From contig NZ_LT667503.1 of NCBI RefSeq assembly GCF_900128735.1, positions 210,001 through 242,000 on the forward strand: a stretch of DNA of 32,000 nt, written 5' to 3'. The notes under the pieces are model-generated. The model saw only the letters and a program-made list of their open reading frames with translations. It did no database searches and was not told the DNA's origin. How positions within the stretch are numbered: the first letter of the stretch is position 1; every line of letters begins with the position of its first letter. Shown here one piece after another: positions 9,238 to 18,007 of the stretch. This DNA comes from Candidatus Saccharimonadota bacterium. GTDB lineage: Bacteria; Pseudomonadota; Gammaproteobacteria; Enterobacterales; Enterobacteriaceae. Both the position numbers and the translations under genes were made by a program.

Positions 9238-10250
9238 TAGTTTTTCTTTGTAGTAAATTTTGATAATTTTTTTATAAAATTATATATTTTTCCGCTTTGA
9301 ATTAATTTAATTATTGTAGTTGTATTAGTAATTAAATTATTTGAAATATTTGTTATTTTTAATAATAACGCTACATTAGCGGCGATTGTGTTAACATAAT
9401 ACGTTTTTCCCAAACCTTGAAAGAGTTTTTTTGTTTCTTGGTAGTTCTCTTTTTTAGTTTTATTAAAAAGACAATCTTTTTCTATTTCTTTTAAACCAAA
9501 ATCTTTAGCAGATAAAGTATATTGATTTATTTGATTGTTTTTTAATTCAGCAATTTGAATATTTTTGCAAAGTATTATTTCATCCGAACCTTCGCTATGC
9601 ACTACTATAGCATTTTTGTATTTTAATTTTTTTAATATTTTAGCAAAAAATAATAATAATTTAGATGAGTAAACGCCGATGATACTATAAGATGGTTGTA
9701 CAGGATTTAAAATAGGACCTAATTTATTAAATATTGTTTTAGTGCTTAATATTTTTCGAACCTTTTCGACTCTTTTAAATATGTTTAAGTATTGATTGGC
9801 AGATAAAAAACAAATATTGTATTTATCTAATAATTTTTTAGATTTTTCAGGAGAGATAAAAACGTTAATGTTGAAATGAGTTAATAAATCTACCGATCCT
9901 ACTATACCAGACGAGCTTACATTACAAATTTTTGCGATTTTTATTCCATAATAAGCTGCCACAATAGAGCTAACAGTTGAAATATTAAAACTATTTTTTT
10001 GATCCCCTCCAGTTCCTACAATATCAGCACAAATATAGTTTGTTTTTGGAAAAGTAGGTTGGTATTGTAAACAAGCTTTTCGAGCTCCGATAACTTCGTG
10101 CTCTGTTTCTTTTCTTGCTGACATTATTGCTAAGATAGCTGATAATTGTATATTATTGATTTTTTTATTAAGAATTTGGTTAAATATAAAAAAACTTTCT
10201 TTTTTTGTTAAAAAATTATTTTTATATATTTTTTTTAAAATTTTTTTCAT
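9237..10250 (-). CDS. trpD: Anthranilate phosphoribosyltransferase, stand-alone and not fused to TrpG
   Basis: The 337-aa protein carries the GTGGD PRPP-binding motif (DIVGTGGDQKNSFNIST) and KHGN-region equivalents. Its stop overlaps the trpC start as TAATG (9235-9239), which indicates translational coupling. Confidence 0.9.
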   Translation of the reverse strand: MKKILKKIYKNNFLTKKESFFIFNQILNKKINNIQLSAILAIMSARKETEHEVIGARKACLQYQPTFPKTNYICADIVGTGGDQKNSFNISTVSSIVAAYYGIKIAKICNVSSSGIVGSVDLLTHFNINVFISPEKSKKLLDKYNICFLSANQYLNIFKRVEKVRKILSTKTIFNKLGPILNPVQPSYSIIGVYSSKLLLFFAKILKKLKYKNAIVVHSEGSDEIILCKNIQIAELKNNQINQYTLSAKDFGLKEIEKDCLFNKTKKENYQETKKLFQGLGKTYYVNTIAANVALLLKITNISNNLITNTTTIIKLIQSGKIYNFIKKLSKFTTKKN

Positions 10251-10507
10251 GTTTATCTTTATATAGTAATTATTATCATTTATAAATAAAATTTTTTATA
10301 TTTTTATTTTGGAATTTTTAATTTTGTTTGACATATTTTGATAAATATTGGGATTAATTTTTAATGATATTTAATTTTATTTCATATATGTATGTATATA
10401 TTATATACTCTCTATTCTAAAGGAATTATTTTTTTTATTAATTTTTTATTGATTTTTTTTAAGTACTTAAAAAAAATTTTATTTATAAAATAAAAAAAGG
10501 AACAAAT

Positions 10508-11413
10508 ATGAAACATTTTATTATTTTTTTATTATTTTTTTTAATTTCAATTATGTGGGGAACAACGTGGATTGCTATGAAAATGGTATTAGTTACAATT
10601 CCTCCATTTTTTGCAACAGGATTACGTTTCTTAATTACGGCGCCAATATCTATTTTTACAGCTTTATTAACTAAAACTCCTTTATTTTTTCCCTATGGGC
10701 AACGTATGATTCAAGTTTATATATCCATTTTTTATTTTTCGATACCATTTACATTAATGTTATATGGAGGTCGTTATGTCAATGTCCCTACAGCATCATT
10801 AATTTATTCAAGTATGCCTATTATAAGTTTATTACTATCATACATAATGTATGATGAATTAATAAATGTATATCAAATATTTGGAATATTCTTACATTTT
10901 ATATCATTGATGTTTTTTTTATTGATACAATGGAAAAATTCTTATATACATCAAGAGTTTGGAGTTTTTTTATTGTTTTTATCAATTTTTTTTCAAGCAG
11001 TTATGTATATTTATTTAAAAAAAAATTTTTATCATATTTCAGTTTTATCTTTTAATGGTATCCCTTCTTTATTTTCAGGTTTAATTTTATCAATTTTTGG
11101 TTGGTTAATAGAAAAACCGGAATTACAATCATTTTCTATGCATTCTATAGCAGCTTTGTTGTATTTAAGTATTTTTGTTGGTTTTTTAGGAATACTATCT
11201 TATTTTTTTTTACAGAAAAAAATTGATTCTTGTTATTCATCTGTTGTTTTTGTAATTTTCCCCATAATTTCTCTTGTTTTAGATAAGTATTTATATCAAA
11301 CAAAAATATCCAATCTTGAATATTTATTTATTTTATTTTTATTAGTGAGTACAATAATAACATTGTTTACAGCAAAAAAAAATACTTGTTTTATAAAAAA
11401 AATTCCTAAATAA
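10508..11413 (+). CDS. yedA: EamA/DMT-superfamily 10-TM transporter (YedA-like)
   Basis: The 301-aa protein is very hydrophobic. The N-terminal WGTTWIAMK resembles the EamA-domain WGSTY motif of E. coli YedA, and the size is similar (306 aa). The position next to the trp genes fits my memory of Buchnera synteny. The gene symbol is less certain than the family. Confidence 0.65.
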   Translation: MKHFIIFLLFFLISIMWGTTWIAMKMVLVTIPPFFATGLRFLITAPISIFTALLTKTPLFFPYGQRMIQVYISIFYFSIPFTLMLYGGRYVNVPTASLIYSSMPIISLLLSYIMYDELINVYQIFGIFLHFISLMFFLLIQWKNSYIHQEFGVFLLFLSIFFQAVMYIYLKKNFYHISVLSFNGIPSLFSGLILSIFGWLIEKPELQSFSMHSIAALLYLSIFVGFLGILSYFFLQKKIDSCYSSVVFVIFPIISLVLDKYLYQTKISNLEYLFILFLLVSTIITLFTAKKNTCFIKKIPK

Positions 11414-11424
11414 TTTGAATTATA

Positions 11425-11430
11425 AAGGAG
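11425..11430 (+). promoter_or_regulatory. Shine-Dalgarno sequence AAGGAG for rluB
   Basis: AAGGAG lies 5 nt upstream of the ATG at 11436. It is one of the few strong SD matches in this AT-rich window and supports the 11436 start. Confidence 0.55.
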
Positions 11431-11435
11431 TATTT

Positions 11436-12173
11436 ATGTCAGAAAAAATTCAAAAAATATTATCGAATTTAGGTTATGGTTCACGTCGTTATATTGAAAA
11501 AAAAATTTTTTTAGGTGTGGTTTATATTAATGCTGTAAAAGTTTCTATTGGTGATCGTTTTGAATATGATAATATTAAATCTATTACAATTAATCAGAAA
11601 AATTATTGTATAAAATTCGATCCCAAAAGGGTTTTAATATATAATAAACCAATTGGAGAAATATGTACGCGTAAAGATGAAAAAAATCGAAATACCGTTT
11701 TTAAGAATTTACCAAAATTACTTTTTTCTCGTTGGATTACTGTTGGCCGATTAGATTATAGAACTTCTGGTTTATTATTATTTACAAATTATGGAGAATT
11801 AGCATATCGATTAATGCATCCTAATTATATGATTATCAGAGAATATTTAGTGAATGTTTTTGGTATTTTTTCAAAAAAAAAAATGAATATTTTAAATAAA
11901 GGAATTTTTTTAGATAATTCAATATCTAGATTTCATTCAATTAAATATCTTTCTGGTAGTAAAAATAATAAATGGTTTTCTGTATCATTATTTCAAGGCA
12001 AAAATAAAGAAGTACGTCGTTTATGGAAATATATTGGAATCGAAGTTAATCAATTAATTAGAATACGTTATGGAGACGTCATTCTTCCAAAATCTTTACG
12101 TGTTAAAGATTTTTTAGAAGTAAATTTTTCTCTAATAAAAAAAATATTTAGATCAGTTTCATTAAAATATTAA
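11436..12173 (+). CDS. rluB: 23S rRNA pseudouridine(2605) synthase RluB
   Basis: MSEKIQKILSNLGYGSRR matches E. coli MSEKLQKVLARAGHGSRR and marks the S4 domain. VGRLDYRTSGLLLFT contains the catalytic Asp, and REYLV and LIRIRYGD are present. The SD supports the ATG at 11436, while the TTG at 11415 in the ORF track would add 7 unmatched residues. The basic C-terminal tail of the E. coli protein is absent. Confidence 0.85.
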   Translation: MSEKIQKILSNLGYGSRRYIEKKIFLGVVYINAVKVSIGDRFEYDNIKSITINQKNYCIKFDPKRVLIYNKPIGEICTRKDEKNRNTVFKNLPKLLFSRWITVGRLDYRTSGLLLFTNYGELAYRLMHPNYMIIREYLVNVFGIFSKKKMNILNKGIFLDNSISRFHSIKYLSGSKNNKWFSVSLFQGKNKEVRRLWKYIGIEVNQLIRIRYGDVILPKSLRVKDFLEVNFSLIKKIFRSVSLKY

Positions 12174-12478
12174 TAATTATTTTAATTTTAATATTTAATT
12201 TTTTTTAAAAAAAAATAATTTTTAGTCTTAAAATACTCTTATAGAACAGTGACATATTAACTATAAATTTAAAAATTTATTATAATTTTCTTTAATAATA
12301 TCCTTAAAAAATATTTATACAATGGATTTTTTATTTTTAAAAAAATATTTTATTTATTTTCTTTGATATTTTTAGAATTTTTATATATCTAATATTTTTA
12401 TTAAAAAAATCATAATTATTCTATATTTACTATATTTTCATATTAACTAAAGAAAAATTAATTTTGATTAGATGTTTT

Positions 12479-13297
12479 TTATTTTTTATTAAGGTTAATT
12501 AAATTTTTTAAAAAATATATTTTTTTTAAAATAAACTCTAAAGTTTTTGCATTTCCAATTAATATATTATTATTTTTTATATAGTTACAATTTCCGAAAA
12601 TATCTGTAATTAACGCGCCAGATTCGCGAGTTTGTAATTCTCCAGCAATATTTTTTTGATGAATATACTTCAGATTAATATACGCATCAATTTTCCCGGC
12701 AGCTAAGTAGACTAAATCTAAAGTAGAACATCCAAAATTTCTAATATATATTTTTTCTTTTAACAAAGTTTTTGTTATTAACATACATAAATGGAGATTT
12801 TTTGTATTAATATAATTAAAGTGCATCACAACTATTTTTTTAGAAAAGGTAGTATATTTTTTGCAACGCATTCTACATCCATTTAACTGAGCGCCTTTTC
12901 CTTTAGTTGCAGTAAATAAATCATTTTTTATAGGATCATAAATAATTGAAAAATTTGTTATATTATTTTTTTTTATCATAATTGATAAACAAAAATAAGG
13001 AATTTTATGAATAAAATTGATTTTTCCATCTAAAGTATTAATCCACCATTGAGTATCAGTATTGTTATTTATATTTTTTTTATGGTTAATATCTAGAATA
13101 ACGTGTTTTGGATATACATCATGTATGATATTAAATATCACATTAAAAATTTTTTTACACATAATATTTATAATATTATTGTTATAATCAATATCAAGAT
13201 TATTATATTGATTATAATTAATAGAATCATAATTTTTAGCAATAAGATTGCCACCTTTTCGAATTGCACGAATAGCAATATTTAATAATGGATTCAT
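12479..13297 (-). CDS. suhB: SuhB homologue (inositol monophosphatase fold / Nus-complex factor) with degenerate catalytic motifs
   Basis: MNPLLNIAIRAIRKGGNLIAKNY matches E. coli MHPMLNIAVRAARKAGNLIAKNY. YDPIKNDLFTATKGKGAQLNG and STLDLVYLAAGKID are colinear with the E. coli protein. Active-site residues are substituted; see the finding. Confidence 0.8.
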   Translation of the reverse strand: MNPLLNIAIRAIRKGGNLIAKNYDSINYNQYNNLDIDYNNNIINIMCKKIFNVIFNIIHDVYPKHVILDINHKKNINNNTDTQWWINTLDGKINFIHKIPYFCLSIMIKKNNITNFSIIYDPIKNDLFTATKGKGAQLNGCRMRCKKYTTFSKKIVVMHFNYINTKNLHLCMLITKTLLKEKIYIRNFGCSTLDLVYLAAGKIDAYINLKYIHQKNIAGELQTRESGALITDIFGNCNYIKNNNILIGNAKTLEFILKKIYFLKNLINLNKK

Positions 13298-13493
13298 AAA
13301 AAACCTCTTTTAAAATATAATGTAAAATATTACATCAAATTGATTTTGTTTTGTATTAATTATAATTTTATATATTATGTTATATATATAATTATTTTAA
13401 ACTTTTTATATCTTTAAGAAAATAAATAATTTAATTAATTTTTTAAGTCAATTAAATTATTTATTATCTATTTAAAATATTGACGGAAAAGTA

Positions 13494-14600
13494 ATGTTAT
13501 ATAATATTGATTTAAAAAGAAAAAAAAATAAAAAAATTAATTTATTAAATTTTAATTTAATAAAAATGAAAGAATTCTTTTTATCTTTAGGAGAAAAAGA
13601 ATTTCGTGCTGTTCAATTGATGGATTGGATTTATAAAAAATATTGTTGTAACTTTGATATTATGAATAATTTTAGCATTAATTTAAAAAAAAAGTTACAT
13701 GATATAGCAATTATTCAGGCTCCAAAATATATATCAAAACAAATATCAAAAGACGGTACTATTAAATGGAATTTTTTTGTAAATACTGGTTATATTGAAA
13801 CGATCTATATTCCAGAAAAAAATCGATCAACATTATGTATTTCATCTCAAATAGGCTGTGTATTAAAATGTAATTTTTGTGCTACAGGTTATTTAGGTTT
13901 TACTCGTAACCTTGTAGTATCTGAAATTATTGGTCAAATTTGGTATATAATGAATATTATTCATAATAATAATTTTGATTCTATGAAAATTTTTCAGATG
14001 TCTAAAATAACTAATATAGTTATGATGGGTATGGGTGAACCATTATTAAATTTAAAAAATGTTATTCCAGCTTTACATATTATATTAAGTCAGTACGGAT
14101 TTAATTTTTCTAAACATAAATTTACATTATCTACTGCAGGCATTGTACCAGCAATAAAAAAAATATGTGGTAAAGTTGACATTTCTTTAGCTATTTCTTT
14201 GCATGCTTCCAATGATGTTTTACGCAATACCTTAATGCCTATTAATAAAAAATTTAATATCGCTTCTTTATTATCAGCGGTTCAAGAATATTTAAAAAAG
14301 TCTACAGCTAATCGTGGTGTGGTAACTATTGAATATATTATGTTAAAAGATATTAATGATACTATATATCATGCAGAAGAACTTATTTTATTATTAAAAA
14401 ATCTATCTTGTAAAATTAATCTTATTCCTTGGAATCCCATAAAAAATTCAAGATATCAATGTAGTAATAGTAATACGATCCATATTTTTTCTGATTTTTT
14501 AATTAAACATGGTTTTATTGTCAAAATCCGAAAAAATAGAGGTTCTGATATTTATGCAGCTTGCGGACAATTAGCTGGATTAAAAAATATAAAGAATTAA
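13494..14600 (+). CDS. rlmN: Dual-specificity rRNA/tRNA adenine-C2 methyltransferase RlmN (radical SAM)
   Basis: LCISSQIGCVLKCNFCATG carries the radical-SAM CX3CX2C motif plus the upstream Cys. MMGMGEPLLN, SLHA, NLIPWNP and AACGQLAG (second catalytic Cys) are colinear with E. coli RlmN. Confidence 0.9.
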   Translation: MLYNIDLKRKKNKKINLLNFNLIKMKEFFLSLGEKEFRAVQLMDWIYKKYCCNFDIMNNFSINLKKKLHDIAIIQAPKYISKQISKDGTIKWNFFVNTGYIETIYIPEKNRSTLCISSQIGCVLKCNFCATGYLGFTRNLVVSEIIGQIWYIMNIIHNNNFDSMKIFQMSKITNIVMMGMGEPLLNLKNVIPALHIILSQYGFNFSKHKFTLSTAGIVPAIKKICGKVDISLAISLHASNDVLRNTLMPINKKFNIASLLSAVQEYLKKSTANRGVVTIEYIMLKDINDTIYHAEELILLLKNLSCKINLIPWNPIKNSRYQCSNSNTIHIFSDFLIKHGFIVKIRKNRGSDIYAACGQLAGLKNIKN

Positions 14601-14740
14601 ATAATATATACAACTCAGAATTTATTTTTTTTGATTTATTAATGTATTTTATAATCGATATATTAGATATAAGAATATAAAAAAAAGAAAATTATTAAAT
14701 TATTTTGATTCAAAATATATATTTTTTGTAAAAGGTGAAT

Positions 14741-16021
14741 ATGAAAAAAAAAAATCAATCAATTAGAGGAATGCATGATTTCCTTCCTAAGGACACTATT
14801 TATTTACAAATTATAGAAAAAAAAATAATCAAAATTTTAAAAAGCCACACTTATAAAGAAATTCGAACTCCGATTTTAGAAGATACCGAGATCTTTAAGA
14901 AAAGCATTGGGGGTAATACCGATGTAATGTCTAAGGAAATGTATAGTTTTTATGATCGTAATGAAAAAAATATTTCTTTACGTCCAGAAGGGACGGTAGG
15001 TTGCATTCGAGCATGTATACAGCATCATATTTTTAAAAAATCATTGTTTCAAAAGTTATGGTATTATGGTCCAATGTTTCGGTATGAGCGTCCACAAAAA
15101 GGACGATTTCGCCAATTTTATCAACTAGGAATTGAAGTCTTTGGATTTTCTGATCCGATTATAGATTTTGATCTTATTTTATTAACTATAAAAATTTGGA
15201 ATAAATTGGGAATCCTTAAAGATTTAATTTTAGAAATTAATTCAATTGGTTCTATTAATAACCGCAAAAATTATGAAAATGATTTACGTATATTTTGTGA
15301 AAAAAAAATAGATAAATTTAATTTAGATAATTTCAGAAACGTTATATTAAATAATCCGATTCGTTTATTAGATAGCAAGAATATAAATATTATTTTAATG
15401 ATGAAAAATGCTCCAAAATTGATTAATTATTTAGATTTATCTTCGCAATTACGATTTCAAAAATTATGTAATTATTTAGATCAAAAACAGGTTAATTACA
15501 TTATTAATCATAAACTAGTTCGAGGTTTAGATTATTATAATGATACTGTTTTTGAATGGAAAAGTAAAAATTTAGGAGCTCAAGACACGATATGCGCAGG
15601 TGGTCGCTATGATCAATTAATTAAAAATTTAGGTGGTCCAAAAAATTCAGCTATGGGTTGTGCAATAGGTATAGATCGATTATTTTTATTAAAAGAACTT
15701 TTTAAAAAAAAAATAATAAAAAATAATTACTTTATAGACATCCAAATTATTTTTTCCAATCCTGAATTTTATAGATTTGTATTAGATATATCAGATCAAT
15801 TACATACAATATGGCCGAAGTTAAAAATTGATACTAATATAACTAAAATAAGTGTATCAAATCAAATAAAGCACGCTATTCAAAATCACACAAAATTTTT
15901 ATTAATTTTAGATTCATACCTTTTAAGTTCAAATAAAATTATAATAAAAAATATATCGCTTAGAACCCAAAAAAAAGAATTTTTTTATAGAATTTTTCAA
16001 AGCCCATGTATTTTTATATAA
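14741..16021 (+). CDS. hisS: Histidine--tRNA ligase
   Basis: IRGMHDFLP, LRPEGTVGCIRA, GPMFRYERPQKGRFRQFYQLG (motif 2), RGLDYYNDTVFEW and CAGGRYD (motif 3) are present. I preferred the ATG at 14741 (MKKKNQSIRGM vs E. coli MAKNIQAIRGM) to the GTG at 14735. Confidence 0.9.
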   Translation: MKKKNQSIRGMHDFLPKDTIYLQIIEKKIIKILKSHTYKEIRTPILEDTEIFKKSIGGNTDVMSKEMYSFYDRNEKNISLRPEGTVGCIRACIQHHIFKKSLFQKLWYYGPMFRYERPQKGRFRQFYQLGIEVFGFSDPIIDFDLILLTIKIWNKLGILKDLILEINSIGSINNRKNYENDLRIFCEKKIDKFNLDNFRNVILNNPIRLLDSKNINIILMMKNAPKLINYLDLSSQLRFQKLCNYLDQKQVNYIINHKLVRGLDYYNDTVFEWKSKNLGAQDTICAGGRYDQLIKNLGGPKNSAMGCAIGIDRLFLLKELFKKKIIKNNYFIDIQIIFSNPEFYRFVLDISDQLHTIWPKLKIDTNITKISVSNQIKHAIQNHTKFLLILDSYLLSSNKIIIKNISLRTQKKEFFYRIFQSPCIFI

Positions 16022-16105
16022 TATAACTATATACATATAAATTTTATTTTAATATGTATTTACTTATAAAAAATGGTTTTTATACCTAATAATCAGAGAA
16101 AAATT

Positions 16106-17356
16106 ATGAAAAATAATAGCATTTATTCTAATGATGATCAAATATTTACCTTGATTAAAAAAGAAAAACTTCGTCAAGAAAAATCAATAAATTTAATTGC
16201 CTCAGAAAATTATACTAGTCGTTCTGTTATGAAAGCACAAGGATCCTGTCTTACTAATAAATATGCAGAAGGATATATTGGAAATCGTTTTTATGATGGC
16301 TGTCATATTATCGATGAAATAGAAAAAATAGCTATTAATCGAGCAAAAAAATTATTTAAAGTGGACTATGTTAATGTTCAACCTCATTCTGGTTCTCAAG
16401 CGAATTTTTCAATTTTTCAAGCTTTATTGAAGCCTAATGATATTATTTTAGGAATGAATTTAATGCATGGAGGACATTTAACGCATGGATCCTCTATAAA
16501 TTTTTCAGGAAAAATATATCGTGCATATTCTTATGGAGTTGATCTAAAAGGAAATTTAGATTATATCAATTTAGAATATTTATCTAAAAAACATCGGCCT
16601 CAGTTAATTATTGGTGGTTTTTCAGCTTATTCAGGTATTTGTGATTGGAAACGCATGCGTGATATTGCGGATTCTATCGGTGCATATTTTATTGTAGATA
16701 TTTCTCATGTAGCTGGATTAATAGTGGCAGGTTTATATCCTAATCCATTTGATTATGCTCATGTAGTTAGTACTACTACACATAAAACATTAGGTGGTCC
16801 GCGAGGTGGATTAATTTTATCGCGAAATGGCGATAAGAACATGTATAAAAAATTAGATTCTTCTGTTTTTCCAGGTAGTCAAGGAGGACCCTTGATGCAT
16901 GTTATCGCTGCTAAAGCCATTTCTTTTAAAAATGCATTAAATTCAAAATTTATACTATTACAAAAAAAAATATTAAAATATTCAAAAATAATGTCAGAAA
17001 CTTTTATAAATAGAAAATTTGCAGTAGTATCTGGAAAAACTTGTAATCATCTTTTTTTAGTTGATTTATCAAATAAAAATCTTACAGGAAAAGAAGCAAG
17101 TGAATTATTATCTTCGGTAAATATTATTGTGAATAAAAATACCATTCCTTATGATCAAAAAAATCCTCTAATTACATCAGGAATTCGTATTGGAACACCT
17201 TGTGTAGCATACAGAGGGTTTAAAAAAAATGATATAATTAATATATCGCACTGGATATGTGATATTTTAGCGGACCCATATAATCATAATATAAGAAAAA
17301 CAATTAAAAAAAAGGTAAAAAAAATATGTTTACAATATCCTATTTATGAAAATTAA
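16106..17356 (+). CDS. glyA: Serine hydroxymethyltransferase
   Basis: LIASENYTS, NVQPHSGSQAN, MHGGHLTHG, TTTTHKTLGGPRGG (PLP lysine) and FPGSQGGPLMHVIA are colinear with E. coli GlyA. The ATG at 16106 gives a 416-aa protein matching the E. coli N-terminal spacing. An in-frame ATG at 16073 is an alternative start. Confidence 0.9.
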   Translation: MKNNSIYSNDDQIFTLIKKEKLRQEKSINLIASENYTSRSVMKAQGSCLTNKYAEGYIGNRFYDGCHIIDEIEKIAINRAKKLFKVDYVNVQPHSGSQANFSIFQALLKPNDIILGMNLMHGGHLTHGSSINFSGKIYRAYSYGVDLKGNLDYINLEYLSKKHRPQLIIGGFSAYSGICDWKRMRDIADSIGAYFIVDISHVAGLIVAGLYPNPFDYAHVVSTTTHKTLGGPRGGLILSRNGDKNMYKKLDSSVFPGSQGGPLMHVIAAKAISFKNALNSKFILLQKKILKYSKIMSETFINRKFAVVSGKTCNHLFLVDLSNKNLTGKEASELLSSVNIIVNKNTIPYDQKNPLITSGIRIGTPCVAYRGFKKNDIINISHWICDILADPYNHNIRKTIKKKVKKICLQYPIYEN

Positions 17357-17450
17357 AATTTTTTTATTATTTATTACAAATGGATAAAAAAATCTAAATA
17401 TTATTTGAAATATTTAAAATTTTTTCTATAACTTACCATTTTAAATAAAA

Positions 17451-17479
17451 GGAGTGTTAAAGATTATATATAACACTCC
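17451..17479 (+). terminator. Hairpin downstream of glyA; a weak intrinsic-terminator candidate
   Basis: ggagtgtta (17451-17459) pairs with taacactcc (17471-17479) as a perfect 9-bp stem with an 11-nt loop. It is relatively GC-rich for this genome. A T6 run follows at 17487-17492. It lies about 95 nt after the glyA stop. Confidence 0.35.
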
Positions 17480-18007
17480 ATGATTCTTTTTTAAAGATTG
17501 TATCATGCATCTATTTTATTAAAAAATTTAATATGGTTTTTTAAAAAAAATATTATTATATTTTTTTTATAATTTTTTTATATAGTATATTACTAATTAT
17601 TTTTATAGTACGTTTGAGAAAAAGATAAAAAATCTTATTTTTATATTTTAAAAAAATGTTTAAGATAGTTCAAAAGGTTTAAAGTAAATGGACTTCTAAA
17701 TTTGATGAAAAGTTATTTTCTTTTGCAATAGATCATAAAAAAAAATCATGTTATCACTCATACACTTATAAAGAAATAACCATTTTTTTTTGAAAAAAAA
17801 GAATTAATCATCTGTAATAATATTCTTTTTCAAAAACTAAAAAGGATGAACGTTTATAAACATTAATAATTTTTTATTAGTCTATTTAGACTCATCAAAA
17901 AAAAATTTGATTCGATTCATTAATTTTTAAAAAAATATTTTTAAATTATATTTAATGTAGATATATCAAATTTATATAAGGATAATGATTCAATAAAAAT
18001 TTTCTGA

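Noticed and set aside
10328-10333. A perfect TTGACA hexamer upstream of yedA as a -35 promoter element (a similar one lies at 4054-4059)
   Set aside because: There is no acceptable -10 hexamer at 16-18 nt spacing. In DNA this AT-rich, promoter-like hexamers are expected by chance, so I do not call promoters from sequence alone.
13103-13285. A 60-aa plus-strand ORF
   Set aside because: It is antisense to the suhB 5' region and its product is an Ile/Asn-rich low-complexity sequence.
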